Positions 1 to 17,976 of a stretch of DNA of 64,000 nt are shown in pieces. Below the pieces are notes generated by a model. The model worked only from the letters and a program-made list of their open reading frames with translations, did no database searches and was not told the origin of the DNA. Positions within the stretch are counted from its first letter, which is position 1; each line of letters opens with the position of its first letter. The position numbers and the translations under genes are program-made. The stretch is from the human T2T-CHM13v2.0 reference genome, Homo sapiens, in assembly GCA_009914755.4 (NCBI GenBank), contig CP068257.2, forward strand, positions 16,128,001 through 16,192,000. Reading direction: 5' to 3'.

Positions 1-1332
1 AATGGTGGAGAGCTTGTGTCATTATCAAAGAAAGCAAGAAAACTACTGAGTTCTGTACTTTCCTATTTGGTACAAAGATGCTGTGGACTTCGTCTGCCAA
101 ATTCTGCTCCCATTTTGGGAGAAGGAGTGGGTTGGAAAAACCATAGAAATAGGTTTGATGGGAGGCAAACACTCTCAGTGTCCCCAAGAACCATCATTGG
201 TCACCCCCCAAATGGGGCAAAGACTGATTTTTGTCTATTTTATAGCATTGCTCTGCCTCCCTCCTTCCTCACTGCCTCCCCCTGAAAAATTTGAAGCACA
301 TGTTGCTGAAAAAATGATGCTGCCAACACTCCACAGTCTCAGGAACACTGAGAATGTTGAAATATTTGAGTTTGATACTCTCCTCTGCATGTTTGTCCAT
401 GGATTTAAAAAAATCCGTAGTTACTGAAACAGGTTTCATTTGGCAACTCTTACAACTCCTAGGCTACTATTGTCCTGTCAACTTACTTTCCCCCATGTGG
501 AAACTATTTCTTTCAAATACTCCTTTTATTGCTAAACTAAAGGCAAAACAAAAATGAACTAGGATGACAAATTCTTAAGAAATGTTTCACTATTTTATTT
601 GCTTACTCAGAATAAGGTACAATCATTCACATAAAAAAAATCTTCCTACTCAGCAGAATTTGCTTTTGTTTTCCTCCCTGTAATTTACTGCCTGGTTAGG
701 GTTTAATAGCACAATATACTCTCATTCACTGTCCCCATAAAATCTGCAGGCAGAGAAACAGCTACAGTCGGATATGTTCCCGCTCTGGGTTAAGAAATGG
801 AATACTGAAGTTGAATCTTGGTGGAAGTGGAGCTATGAAATTATAAGGCAAATTGACTTTACAGGCATTTTTGCTGAGAATAGGGTGCTAGACACTCAAG
901 CTCTGCAAACCTCCTGGGGCCTGTCTCATTCAGCACACTCCACTGCTTTCACTCGGTTTAATTTCTGAATATTATTTGTGTTGATTGTTAATGTCACGTG
1001 ATACAATATTGCAAGAGTTATGATTGAGTTGAACAGTGTTTCTAGAGCTTACTCAAAGAAGAGAAAACACTCTTGGATACCAGTGGGGTTAAGTATACAG
1101 TGATTTCAGCATAGTTTTTTTTTTTAAATTATACTTTTAGTTCTGGAACACATGTGCAGAATGTACAGGTTTGTTACATAGGTATACACGTGCCATGGTG
1201 GTTTGCTGCACCCATCGACCTCATCATCTACATTAGCTATTTCTCCTAATGCTATCCCTCCCCTAGCTCCCCACCCTCTGACAGGCCCTGGTGTGTGATG
1301 TTCCCCTCCCTGTGTCTATGTGTTCTCATTGT

Positions 1333-5148
<3,816 letters not shown>

Positions 5149-5211
5149 TATGATGCTAGCTGGTTATTTTGCCCGTTAGTTGATGCAGTTTCTTCATAGT
5201 GTCAATGGTCT

Positions 5212-6240
5212 TTACAATTTGGTATGTTTTTGCAGTAGCTGGTACCGGTTTTTCCTTTCCATATTTAGCGCTTCCTTTAGGAGCTCCTGTAAGGCAGGCC
5301 AGGTGGTGACAAAATATTTCAGCATTTGCTTGTCTGTAAAGGATTTTATTTCTCCTTCACTTATGAAGCTTAGTTTGGCTGGATATGAAATTCTGGGTTG
5401 AAAATTCTTTTCTTTAAGAATGTTGAATATTGGCCCCCACTCTCTTCTGGCTTGTAGGGTTTCTGCAGAGAAATCCGCTGTTAGTCTGATGGGCTTCCCT
5501 TTGTGGGCAACCTGACCTTTCTCTCTGGCTACCCTTAACATTTTTTCCTTCATCTCAACCTTGGTGAATCTGATAATTATGTGTCTTGGGGTTGCTCTTC
5601 TCGAGGAGTATCTTTGTGGTGTTCTCTGTATATCCTGAATTTGAATGTTGGCCTGCCTTGCTAGGTTGAGGAAGTTCTCCTGGATAATATCCTGAAGAGT
5701 GTTTTCCAACTTGGTTCCATTTTCCCCGTCACTTTCAGGTACACCAATCAAATGTAGGTTTGGTCTTTTCACATAGTCCCATATTTCTTGGAGTCTTTGT
5801 TCGTTCCTTTTCATTCCTTTTTCTCTAATCTTGTCTTCACACTTTATTTCATTAAGTTGATCTTCAGTCTCATATCTTTTCTTCTGCTTGATGGATTTGG
5901 CTATTGATACTTGTGTATGCTCACAAAGTTCTCGTGCTGTGTTTTTCAGGTCCATCACGTCATTTATGTTCTTCTCTTAACTGGTTATTCTAGTTAGCGA
6001 TTCCTCTAACCTTTTTTCAAGGTTCTCAGCTTCCTTGCATTGGGTTAGAACATGCTCCTTTAGCTTGGAGGAGTTTGTTATTACCCACCTTCTGAAGCCT
6101 ACTTCTGTCAATTCGTCAAACTCATTCTCTGTCCAGTTTTGTTCCTTTGCTAGAGAGGAGTTGTGATCCTTTGGAGGAGAAGAGGCGTTCTGGTTTTTGG
6201 AATTTTCAGCCTTTTTGCACTGGTTTTTCCTCATCTTCAT
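5212..6240 (-). pseudogene. L1 ORF1 remnant, disrupted near 5958-5977
   Basis: ORFs 5977..6240 (MKMRKNQCKKAENSKNQNASSPPKDH...) and 5212..5958 (...EIWDYVKRPNLHLIGVPESDGENGTKLENTLQDIIQENF...) match L1 ORF1p. The reading frame is interrupted between them. Confidence 0.85.
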
Positions 6241-8341
6241 GGATTTATCTACCTTTGGTCTTTAATGTTGGTGACCTTCAGATGGGGTTTCCGTGTGGAT
6301 GTCCTTTTTGTTGATGCTATTCCTTTCTGTTTGTTAGTTTTCCTTTTAACAGTCAGCCCCTCTGCTGCAGGTCTGCTGGAGTTTGCTGGGGGTCCACTCC
6401 AGACCCTGTTTGCCTGGGTATCACCAGCAGAGGCTGCAGAAGAGCAAAGATTGCTGCCTGCTTCTTCCTCTGGAAGCACTGTCCCAGAGGGGCACCCGCC
6501 AGATACCAGCCGGAGCTCTCCTGTATGAGGTGTCTGTCTTCCCCTGCTGGGAGGTGTCTTCCAGTCAGGAGGCAAAGGGGTCAGGGACCCACTTGAGGAG
6601 GGCATCTGTTCCTTAGCAGAGCTCGAGCACTGTGCTGGGAGGTCCGCCGCTTTCTTGAGAGCCAGCAGGCAGTAACGTTTAAGTCTGCTGAAGCTGTGCC
6701 CACAGCCGCCCCTTCCCCCAGATGCTCTGTCCCAGGGAGATGGGAGTTTTATTTATAAGCTCCTGACTGGGGCTGCTGCCTTTCTTTCGAGATGCCCTGC
6801 TCAGAGAGGAGGAATCTAGAGAGGCAGGCTGGCAGTATCAGCTTTGCCGAGATGTGGTGGGCTCCGCCCAGTTTGAACTTCTGAGAGGCTTTGTTTACAC
6901 TATGAGGGGAAAACCACCTACTGAACCCTCAGTAATGGCAGACGCCCCTCCCTCCACCAAGCTCTAGTGTCCCAGGTCGACTTCAGACTGCTGTGCTGGC
7001 AGCGAGAATTTCAAGCCAGTGGATCTTAGCTTGCTGGGCTCTGTGGGAGTGGGATCTGCTAACCTAGACCACTTGGCTTCCTGGTTTCAGCCCCCTTTCC
7101 AGGGGAGCGAATGGTTCTGCCTCGCTGGCATTCCAGATGCCACTGGGGTATGAAAAACTACTCCTGCAGCTAGCTTGGTGTCTGCCCAAACGGCCGCCCA
7201 GTTTTGTGCTTGAAACCCTGGGGCCTGGTGGTATAGGTACCAGAGGGAATCTCCTGGTCTTCAGGTTGCGAAGATCATGGGGAAAGCGTAGCATCTGGGC
7301 CAGAGTGCACCGTTACTCATGGTACAGTCCTTCATGACTTCCTGTGGCTAGGGGAGGGAGTTCCCCGACCCGTTGCACTTCCCAGCTGAGGTGATGCCCC
7401 ACCCTGCTTCAGCTCGCCCTCCGTGGGCTGCACCCACTGTCTAACTAGTCTTAATGAGATGAGCCGTGTACCTCAGTTGGAAATGCAGAAATCACCTGCC
7501 TTCTGCACTGATCTCTCTGGGAGCTGCAGACCAGAGCTGTTCCTGTTTGGCCATCTTGCCAGCCACTCCTGTTGTCTGTTTTTTAAGAGGAGCATTTTAC
7601 ACTTTGTTGGTAATGAATAGAATGGGGTGCAGAATCATTGAATTATGGGAGGCATCTGTTTATGTGCCTGTTATAAAATAGGAGTTTTTATGACCCAGGG
7701 ATAGATTGATGAATAGGCCTTTGAATGATAGCTGAAGAAACAGCACTTTTATAGTCTCCTACTTTTTAAACTAAAAGATCATCTATGAACAGCAAATTCG
7801 ATCTATGATCTGGTTCATTTAATTAATATCACATGACTATTTGAATGTATAATTTCTCCTTTCATATAGATAACTCTTAAGCACAAGAGCAGCTTGCAAG
7901 GCAAATTTGCTGATGCTTAAAAACCCAAACAAATGGGGTAAGTCATAAGAGGCGATAAGAACAGTACATTTTGTCAATAGATACTAGACTTACTGAAAGT
8001 TGGAGCAAGACTCTGGTAGCCAGAAGGGCTGTCTCAAATCCCAGCTCCACCCCTTATAATAGAATAATTTCGTCAATGCAAATGTGTGCCTTCGTTTCCC
8101 ATCTGTAAAGTAATAGTTCCCACTTTTTAGGTTTGTTAAGAGGATGAACTCATTTAATGATTGTAAAGTATTAGAACAACTCATGGCACTTGGTGGTTTT
8201 TGTATAGCATTTTATTATTATGTATTATTATTATTTATTCCCATGTCCTTTGGACTTTTAGTCTAGTTGCTCCTTCTTTTGTACTACTGCCACCCAGAAA
8301 AGCAAAAAAAGAACCTAATATGCTGGCTCAAATACATCATT

Positions 8342-8390
8342 TTGGCAAATGTATGTACGTATGTATGTATGTGTGTATGTCTACATATGG
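8342..8390. repeat. Simple repeat (TGTA/TATG)n, imperfect
   Basis: tgtatgtacgtatgtatgtatgtgtgtatgtctacatatg. Confidence 0.8.
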
Positions 8391-9755
8391 GCAGTCTCAC
8401 TTCACAGAAATGTCTCTGCCTCCCTTCATTGAGGAGGGGCCATTTAGACCATTGTAGATGGCTCCCAAGTAATCTCTCCTTAGCGACCACTCTCACCACA
8501 CTGTCCCAAAGTGACCTCTCATTGAAATGTTGAAGCCTCTACTAGTGAAAGTTTCAAGATCACTGGTGCTATAGTTAGCAGTTTAAAACCTTCTCAAAGA
8601 AATGTCTCTACAGGATAGCTTATTACAGGCTCTGTTTACACAAACCATCTGTGGGGGACTTTGGAATTTGGTAACTCATCAGTAGTTATAATGATCACAA
8701 TCACCAGCCCCAAGACCAGGAAAACACCTCCAGAAGCTGTACATTTTTGCAAGTGACACAAGGTATTCATCATTGATCACAATCAGCATTGGATTTATTG
8801 TTTTAGTTTTCAAGAATCTTACTCTGTTCTGAAAACCATGAAGTTTCCTCACTTAAAAGCCAAAATGTAAATGTGTGACATGTATTTTTCCCCAAGGCAA
8901 GTGAGTCACTGCAGATGCAGTGACAAGCTATCCTTCAGTTTGATAGTTGATCAGTGAACTGGATGTAAAACTGCAGCAAGTCTGCAATATGAGGAAATTA
9001 GATAAGCAAGATTATCTCTAAAATAAACCTCTACTTTAAAAAATAATCTATTACTCCAGCCAAAGTACACAGGGACTGAGATGATTTGGGGGACAACATT
9101 AATAGATCATAGATGATTGATTCAATGTGAGAAGGAATAGAACTAAGGGTTAGAATTAAGGATTAAAACAGTCAGTGCAATGATTAAATACACAGGCATA
9201 CGAGTTAAACTACCCGGGTTCACCCCTCTAATAGTATGACGGGCTAGGTTCTTAAATTCTCTGCACCTGTTTCCTCATCTGTAGAATGGAGATAATTGTA
9301 CCTACCTCATAAAGAAATTGTGAAAACTAAATGTGATGATGTCTATAAAACTTAAGAACAATGCTTGCCTTTGAGTAAAACTCCACAAATGCTAGATAGT
9401 ATTTTATCACTTATAATAACTAATGATTTCAAACTGCTAACATTTGAAACTTTGATGATCAAGGATCAAGAATTTGTGAATACTAATGATAGTATTTATT
9501 TTAGCAATTTAAAGTAGCTTCTTTCAACTTGCTAACATTTGAAACTCTAAGGATCAATGATTTGATGAAGGATCAAGGATTTCTCAATTTGGGAGCCATT
9601 ATATGATTTTTTTTCTTAGTAAAAGCATTTCCATTTATATTTTGTTTCAAGCACTGTGTTATGATTGGATAGTCTTAATTGATAATATTTGTTATTTGTT
9701 TTCTTTCAATGAGTAAGCTTTCAATGAGTAAGACCTAAGAATAACAAAGATTTAA

Positions 9756-10223
<468 letters not shown>

Positions 10224-13200
10224 TGACATCAACGTTGATCACTTGATTAGAGTCGAGTCTGTTAGGCTTCTCCACCAAAAAGTAATTCTTTCCCTTTTGT
10301 AATTAATAATTATTTGGAAGGATGTATTTTGAGATTATGTAAATAGTTCATCTCTTATGAAAAACTCAATTTATGTATTCATTTCATCACACAGATTTTC
10401 CTATTTCATTCAATGGATTCACTAAGTATTTGGGTGCTTACATTGCCTCTGATTTGGCTAGTGGGGACTCCTTCAATATAGTTCTCTGTTATTTTGTCAT
10501 GTCCCCATCTTTTTTTAGTATTTCTGTACTTTCTGGAACAAAAATATATTCGACTTATCTTGTACCCTAAAGTCAATCATTTCTCCAAAAGGGGCCCGGA
10601 TTTAGTGAACAGTTTTTAGAAAGCAGTATTTGGGTTCTAGTTGTTACTCATCGCTTTTGTTGGGGGTCACTCTCCCAGACCCCCTTCTCAATGGCCAAGC
10701 ACAAAAGCACATTTACATCTGTGTGTATCTAGATTTGTATCTTATCTATCTATTGAAAATCATGCATTTACCCCATTATCTTCAATTGCAACCAGACTCA
10801 CAGGGTTCATTCTGGTTCTCTTCTTTCATATTTGTAACTCTTTGAGGAATGAGAAACCGAACTGCTCAATTTCTTAATATATTTACTTATTTAAATTCCT
10901 TCCTATATAACCAACCCTGTGTTGCCACTTTGTCCCTGTAAAAGAAATCAGAATCTTGGGACCTCAAACTCACTACGCCAAAAGGAAAGTTAAGCCTGGG
11001 AACTGAGTCATGCAAATATTGCCTTCCTTCTTCCTGAAACAGATAGCTGTCATTTCACAATCCTATGTCATAACATTGTATGTAAGCCAGGTTCCCAACA
11101 CGGCAAAAGGCCATATACATCCCCAGATGGCCCCCTTCACAGATTGCTCTCAAGGAAATTCCTTGTTAGCTCCAAAATCTTTCAGGATACATATTCCCCT
11201 ATAAAAGCAACACATGCCAATTGTAACCTTGGTCCTGCCACCTAAGTTTAACTCCTAAAACCGAGTTCTGTTAAATCTCACCCTGACCATGTCAATTACG
11301 AGCTTATCTTCCAAGGTACAGAACAAGTACAAGACACGAACCACTCCTGCGCCTACTCTTGAGATGGATGCATAATTGTCTCTTTCCTTTCTCTTTTCAA
11401 GTGTTCACCTTCTTTTATGTAAAACATAGATTCCTTTAGTGCTAGTTACAGCCTCACAAGGATGTAACTATTTGTTTCACTGCCTACCCTCCTTCCCTTT
11501 CCCCCACTGCTTGCTTTTTCCCCTTAAGTAATGAGTTCCCCAAACCCTCTTCGGAAAGCCCAGGTTACAGATGCTCCTGTGACTTGTGTTTTTCCTGGGT
11601 CGTCCTCAAACTTTGGCTTAATAAACCTCTACTAATTGAGACATCTGCCTCATTTTTGTTTAATAACCTTTCCCCCTGCTGATGTTTCCTCTGCCCACTG
11701 AGGCTCTGGCACCCCACCCCCAATCTCCTGCTCCCCACTGCCCCCATGGGTGCCCTCCTCCTCCCACTCTAGATCTGATAGCCTGCATCAGACCTCCCCA
11801 CCCACCCCATGCTAGGCCCTCCTGGTTTGCTCCAGCTCAAACACACCTCACTATGCCCCTGTGAATGAGGACTAACCCTAACCTTGCTTGTTGCACCTGA
11901 TAGTTCTAGGATGGAATTGTTCCAAAGGAAAGAGGAAGGAATAGCATAAACTTCATTTTGGGGTTTTCTTAGGGGATTTTGCTGGTGCTATTTCTGGCAT
12001 CTACCAGTAATGAGAGTTTACCTAAGTTGACTGATCAGAACAATTCGGCATACCCAGACATGTGGCTAAGCCGCTGGCTGCTCAGAGGCATGAATTCTTT
12101 CGTAGCGGTAGTCTGTTTTCCTGTTCATTAGCGCAACAGGAAACCAAGCACTGGTAATTGGATAAGTCCTCCTTTTACTTGTAATGAGCACCAAGTTAGT
12201 GGTAATGACTAAGAGGGCTACTTAACTGAGTTTCAGATCTTGTTCTAAAATTCTTTGTATCTAAGTGAGCTTCCATTTCAAATTCGTTCAGGTATGAGAT
12301 TGGAATTTGGCTTCTTATGAGCTCATCTGCTATTCCATTTACCTTAGCCTTCTCTTTGGTTCCAGGATATGGTGCCAAAAAATATATTTCTGCACAAGAG
12401 ATGCTAATATGATAAGGGACATCTGGGGGCTTTTGTACACATTGCTGTGATTTTCTTCTGTTGACCAGAAAATCCTAGCCACACAGTACCCACAGGCCCT
12501 TGAACATATGACTACAATATATAACTTGAGCTGCTTTAGTTTGAAGATCTAGTGAGGAGCAGCAGGGTAAGCGATTTCCCCCACCCCCAACCAGGTAATC
12601 ACAATAGACGTGTGTAAGCTTTGAAATTTCCTATAAACAAATTTTGCTGAAACTGGCTTTTTGATGTAAAGCAGCATTTGTTATGCAAGTTCTACTGCTA
12701 TTACTCTTCCCATAGTCTATTCTGGTTGACTTTCAGGATGAAGACATCTAAGCTACTTCTGGATTCCCTAGAAAACTTGTGCTGCCTATTCTTTTCCAAC
12801 TGTGTAGTCCTCTCCTGGCTGTTTCTGTGGTCCAGCAGACTGTGGAGAAATAGCTTACTATTCCATTAGAAAGAAGATCTTGTGTAATAAAAATAAGAAG
12901 TGGTATCAGGTCATGGGAGCTTTGGAAATGGAATCGAGATTTGGTGCTTGTCTTTGCCTCTGTGGCTAACAAGGTATAGAACGTTTGGAAGTTTCTTAAC
13001 TGACTTAGGCCACCTAAAGGTATTAGAGTAGACAAGCAGTTTGTAAAAGGTGCTTTGCAGGTAACCAGGGGCCTGCTGGTCTCTCATAGCTGCCTCAGAG
13101 GCTCATGATAGAAGGTTTGAGAAACTAGGGGATTGTCACTGAGAGGGATACAATGGGGACTTCGGTCGAATAATCTCCATTGTCTTTCGAGCAGAACAGC

Positions 13201-14574
13201 AGCAGCTCTATTTCCTATACATTTCACATTTTGTAATTCTTGAAGGATTTTTTTTAAAACAAAGACCTCTGCTAAAACCAAACCAAACCAAATCAAATCA
13301 AATAAAAGCTGCAAGACTCCTGAAGGTCCCTCTAGCTCTACATTTTTAGTACTTTCCTATGATATTTATATATCCCACATGCTGGTTCACTTTGTCATCT
13401 GAGATGAGACTAATCTGTGTCCATCTGGGATAGAAATTTCTTCCGTACTTTGATGAAAAGCAGTGTAGTCCTGCAAGATGTGAGTCTATTTCCCCATACT
13501 TTATTGACACAGGTATGAAGATGAGAAGAGATGGAGGCAGCAAAGGAAATGTGGTTTTGCATGTCACTAGCTCAACTCCCTCTGCATTTTCTTTTAAGCA
13601 AGGGAGGTGCTCCATTGTCTCTATAGGGCAACAGCAGTTCACTGGGTCCCCACATTTTTCTGGGGCTTTTGTGAGAAGCAGTAGGCAGGAACAGTGAAGA
13701 GAAACTTAGCAGGAGGCCCAGGTGCTGTCTTTTCTAGTTTCAGAGCTATCTGATCAGGACAAAAAGGAACAAGCTTGTCCACAGCAAGATGGCCAGCAAC
13801 TTGGTTATTTACCCAGTTAGTCTTGGGGAACACTAGAGCTCTTCCAATAGCTGGGACTATTTAAATTTTTTCAAGGAAACATATGCTGTGGGTTGGTGGT
13901 AGATGGGATTCAGGAGGATCCTTCTCTTATACAAGATGACTTTCTGGATAGGTGTTTGTGGGGTACAGAGGGAGGGAGCAAGGAGAATAAGAGAGGAACA
14001 AACCAAATGTTCAACATTCTAACACTCTTTAATAATTTATCTAAAATTATTGGATATTGAATTATTAGAGGCATTGAATCTTTTACTTTTTGTATGACAC
14101 TCACTCAGTCTTCAAATAATTTCTGATTGAACACTAGATTAAGAGGAAAAAATACCACAAATGAAATAACTTGTATTTTTGTTACGCAAAGGATTATTCT
14201 AAAAAATAATAAGCTGTTCCTCTAAGCCCTTTTAGAACACATGGAAAACTTCAGAATAGTGTGAGGGCGTCTTACATGCACTTCTTTCTTTGGAGATTGT
14301 GATAACCCAAGTAGAGGATTTAGGATTGTGCTGCTCAGAGACAACTGTTTGGATAAAATAATGCCAGATTCATCGTTTCCAGACTTGTTAAATTCATGGA
14401 GTATTAAAATAAAATTGAAATAAAATGGAAAATATGATGCCCAGTTGTTTTGTCAAAACCAGTCTAGGTGTTGCTTTGAAAGTAGTTTTTAGATATGATT
14501 AACATTTAAATCAGTAGGCTTTGAGTAAAGCAGATTACTCTCTGTAATGTGGGTGGGCCTTGTCCTATCAGTCG

Positions 14575-14770
14575 AAGGTCTGAAAAGAGTGAGGTCCCCT
14601 GAAGAGGAAGGAATTCTGCCTCTGACCTGCCTTCAGACTCAAGACTGCAGCATCAACTCTCGGAGTTTCCACCCATCCAGGCTGCCCTGCAGGTTTCAGA
14701 CTTGCCAGCCCCCAGAGCTGGTTTAGGGAATTAAACCAATCTTTCTCTCTCCACATATATACATACTTTG
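14575..14770 (+). repeat. LTR fragment (ERVL/MaLR- or MER-type 3' portion)
   Basis: cctgccttcagactcaagactgcagcatcaactct...ccctgcaggtttcagacttgccagcccccagagctgg resembles the 3' region of ancient mammalian LTR consensus sequences. The family is not resolved. Confidence 0.35.
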
Positions 14771-16145
14771 TTTTGTTTCTCTGGAGAACCCTGACTAATA
14801 GACCAATACAAGATTGTGGTTTTAATTCCACCAAGTAAGGACTGAAAACTAAACAAATAAACAAAAATGAAAATCTACCATCTATTGTCATCACTTCATG
14901 AAAGAAAGAAAAATTTACTATTCCCATAGGAAAGACATACTCTCAGAACAAAGAACAATTTTATTGATGAATAAATTCTATCCTATTAACTAGCTTACCA
15001 CATTGCCTTTACGTGTCTCATTTTCCACACACAGGAGCCAGCCTTTAGGAACTGTGCTGGAGGTGACCCAACTTCTGATTGTGTGGGAGAACTATCCCAC
15101 TGTTACTCCTAAGAGAACATTCTCTCCCAATAGCTCCCCCGATATGGAATGTGACAGAGTAACAGGATGCCAAAATATATAGACCTCTTTTTCTTTCTAC
15201 AACATAGGTGCTCTTAAACAGTATGCAGAGGATTGTGTAGCTGCTTATAATAGGAGCCAGGCTGACACAGCTCTCTTTTCTCTTTTGTCACAGGTGATCA
15301 CAGAAATAGCTTGCTGTAACAGCACCTCACAGTTTCCTCTTAAAATGAAACCACATTTTCTTTGTGCCCTTTCAGCTCAGTTCTGCTGTTCATAGAGGGG
15401 CTTGGGAGATTTTCCACTGTAGGTTTCTTAAAATTCATTATACTTGTAGAATGTTAGAGCTAGAAGGTCCCCTAAAGATCATAAAGTTCAATTTCATTTT
15501 TTACAGATGAGAAAACAGAGGCTAAGAGAGGTAAAGAGGTGCTTAGTTGTGGCAGAAGATTAGAAGAGAAGTTCCTGCATGTCGGTTTAGCAATCATCTT
15601 GCTCATTACAACTTCCTCTTCTGCCTTAATCACTTTTCAGTTCAGTAGCCTCTTTCCTCTAGAATAGCCCTTCTGTATTCACACTGCCTTTTCTTTGCTT
15701 TGAAGTTACAGATCTGAAACTCTTGCGTTAGCTATGCTATGGTTTTCTTCCACATTCTGTACACTGTACTGACCATCCTCTTATAAACCTCTTCTCTTCT
15801 AGGTTAAAGATTTCTTGACTTCCCTCTGGTGAAGCTTGATACCAACTGACCTATAAGGGCTTGGTTTTCACAACAGAGTCTTAGTCCACCCTCGCCATCG
15901 CACCAAATACTGAGAGAACAAATAAAATTATTGCTTGAAGAAACGAAGTAAAGACTATAGTATTCATATTTTTCCCACATGCCATTTGCAGTAGCTTTTC
16001 ATATTTCTCATCTATCCCACACTAGAAATTTCAACTATTGGCTTTTGTAAATTTTCTTTTTGAGCCACAAATTTATCTCAGTTTCAGATTCTAATCTATT
16101 TTCAGTAGTGCTTTCAGTTTAGTTTACTCCCATTTCAAAAATACT

Positions 16146-16400
16146 CCGTCTTGTTCTTTACAGCAATAAAATCCAAATGCAAATTCCGACAACCTCAGCC
16201 AATGGTGAGTCATGGTCCCTCATTTCCACCTCTTCTAAACGGTCATGGTTGCTCATTTTCACTCTTCTAAGCACCTCTTCTTTACAGCAACAAAATCAGA
16301 AAGCAAATTCAGGCAACCTTAACCAATGGTGAGTCATGGTTCCTCATTTCCACCTCTTCTAAACCCCTCCTCTGATGGTCAGGACCCTTCTCATTCCTCA
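16146..16400 (+). repeat. Local tandem duplication (~120-bp unit x2, ~90% identical, with a ~34-bp sub-repeat)
   Basis: tctttacagcaa[t/c]aaaatc...ccaatggtgagtcatggt[c/t]cctcatttccacctcttctaaac occurs twice in tandem. ggtcatggt..ctcatttccacctcttctaa(a/g)c is also repeated. Confidence 0.8.
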
Positions 16401-16828
16401 AGTAGTAACTATTCAGCACTTTACCACTTCCCTTGAATCTCTGACCCATTATCTTTTTCATCTTTCTCACAGAAAATAGAGGCAGCCATTTAAGTACTTT
16501 CTCAACTTACTCTCCAACAAATCTGATTCAAATACTTTCATCTGTAGTTTTACCTTCTCTCTAGTGTCAAAACCTGAGGTAATCCTAAACCTCTTCAAAG
16601 ACAAGTCATTCTCGGTGTGCTACTCTGTTCTGTGTCTTCAAACTGGGCTCCTTTGATTATTGCTACCTCTCTATCGTTAGCCTTTCTACTGGCTCTGTCC
16701 TCTTAGTATTTATTCATGTTCAAGTACTTCCCAACCTTAAAAAAATAACCTTGACCCAACATCCTCTTTACCTCAACTTCACTTCATAAAATTTTAAAGA
16801 CATCATACCTCAAATCCACTATCCTACC

Positions 16829-17224
16829 TGTCTTAGTCTATTTTATGTTGCTATCACAGAGTACTACAGAATGGATAATTAATAACAAACAGTTATTGAT
16901 TTGGCTTACAATCCTGGAGGTTGGGAAGTCCAAGGGCATGGTGATAGCATCTGGCAAGGTAGCAAGACTTCATGCTGTGTGATAACATGGTGGAAAGAGC
17001 AAGAGGATGTGAGCAAGCAAACAAGAGGGGGCTGAACTTGCTTTTATAACAAAGGCACTCTCATGATAACTAACCCACTCCGTCCATAACATTAATTCAT
17101 CCGTGAGGGTAGAGTCTTCATGACTTAATCACCTCTTAGTAGACTCCACCTCTCGATGCTGTTGCTTTTGGGATTAAGTTTCCAACACATGAACTTCAGG
17201 GAACACATTCAAATCATGGTACTA
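16829..17224 (+). mobile_element. MaLR LTR (MLT1/MST-like), solo
   Basis: It starts tgtcttagtctattttatgttgctatcacagagtactacag...ggaagtccaagggcatggtg...gtgataacatggtgg.. and ends ..gaacacattcaaatcatggtac, the typical MLT1/MST LTR consensus layout. Confidence 0.75.
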
Positions 17225-17654
17225 CGTTGCATCCATATTACAATCTGTTGTGATCTACTTTTGCTCCCACAGGTCCATTAAAACTGTACTCCATGAATTT
17301 CTGGTTGCTAAATACAATGAACATTATTCAATCCTTATTCTTTCAATCTCTTGGCAGAATACTTTCCAGTTGACCAACAGAGTCTTGTTGGCTTTTATAT
17401 CCCTTAGACCCAAAGACTTACAGGGCTTGGCAGAGTTTCTGGCAACATAACGAAATCTGAAAATTGACGAAAGATTTAGAATGGAAAATAAGTGGATGCC
17501 AAATGGTGAAGGCTTTAAATGCTAAACTGTGGGGACTGGCTTTTGTTTTGTAGGCAGTGATAATCTAGAAAGGTCTCTTAGCAGGAAAGTAGCATTACCA
17601 CATCTTTTGGGAAGTAAATTCTGGGGCAGTTTATGGTTTGGAGCAGTGGTTTCC

Positions 17655-17662
<8 letters not shown>

Positions 17663-17686
<24 letters not shown>

Positions 17687-17976
17687 GAGACAAAGTCTTG
17701 CTCTGTCACTCAGGCTAGACTGCAGTGGCACAATCACGGCTCACTGCAGCGTTGACCTCCTGGGCTCAAGCAATCCTCCCACCTCAGTCTCTGCCCCACC
17801 AAGTAGCCAGGACTACAGGCCTATGCCATCATGCCAGGCTAATTTTTATATTTTTTGTACATACAGAGTCTTGCTACATCGCTCAGGCTGGTCTTGAACT
17901 CCTGGACTTAAGCAATCTACTGGCCTTGGCCTCCCAAAGTGCTGGGATTATAGGCATGCGCCAACGTGCCCATCCT
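17663..17976 (-). mobile_element. Alu SINE, reverse orientation, with a T24 tail
   Basis: Poly(T) at 17663-17686, then gagacaaagtcttgctctgtcactcaggctagactgcagtggc ... ggcctcccaaagtgctgggattataggcatgcgcc. Confidence 0.9.

Noticed and set aside
83-427. 114-aa plus-strand ORF at the left edge
   Set aside because: Low-complexity peptide with no splice-site or compositional support.
12343-12389. A 47-nt minus-strand segment with an acceptor (tctcttgtgcag|) and donor (GCTAAG|gtaaat) inside ORF 12196..12378
   Set aside because: It is short and isolated, with no supporting frame continuity to other exons. This is probably chance.
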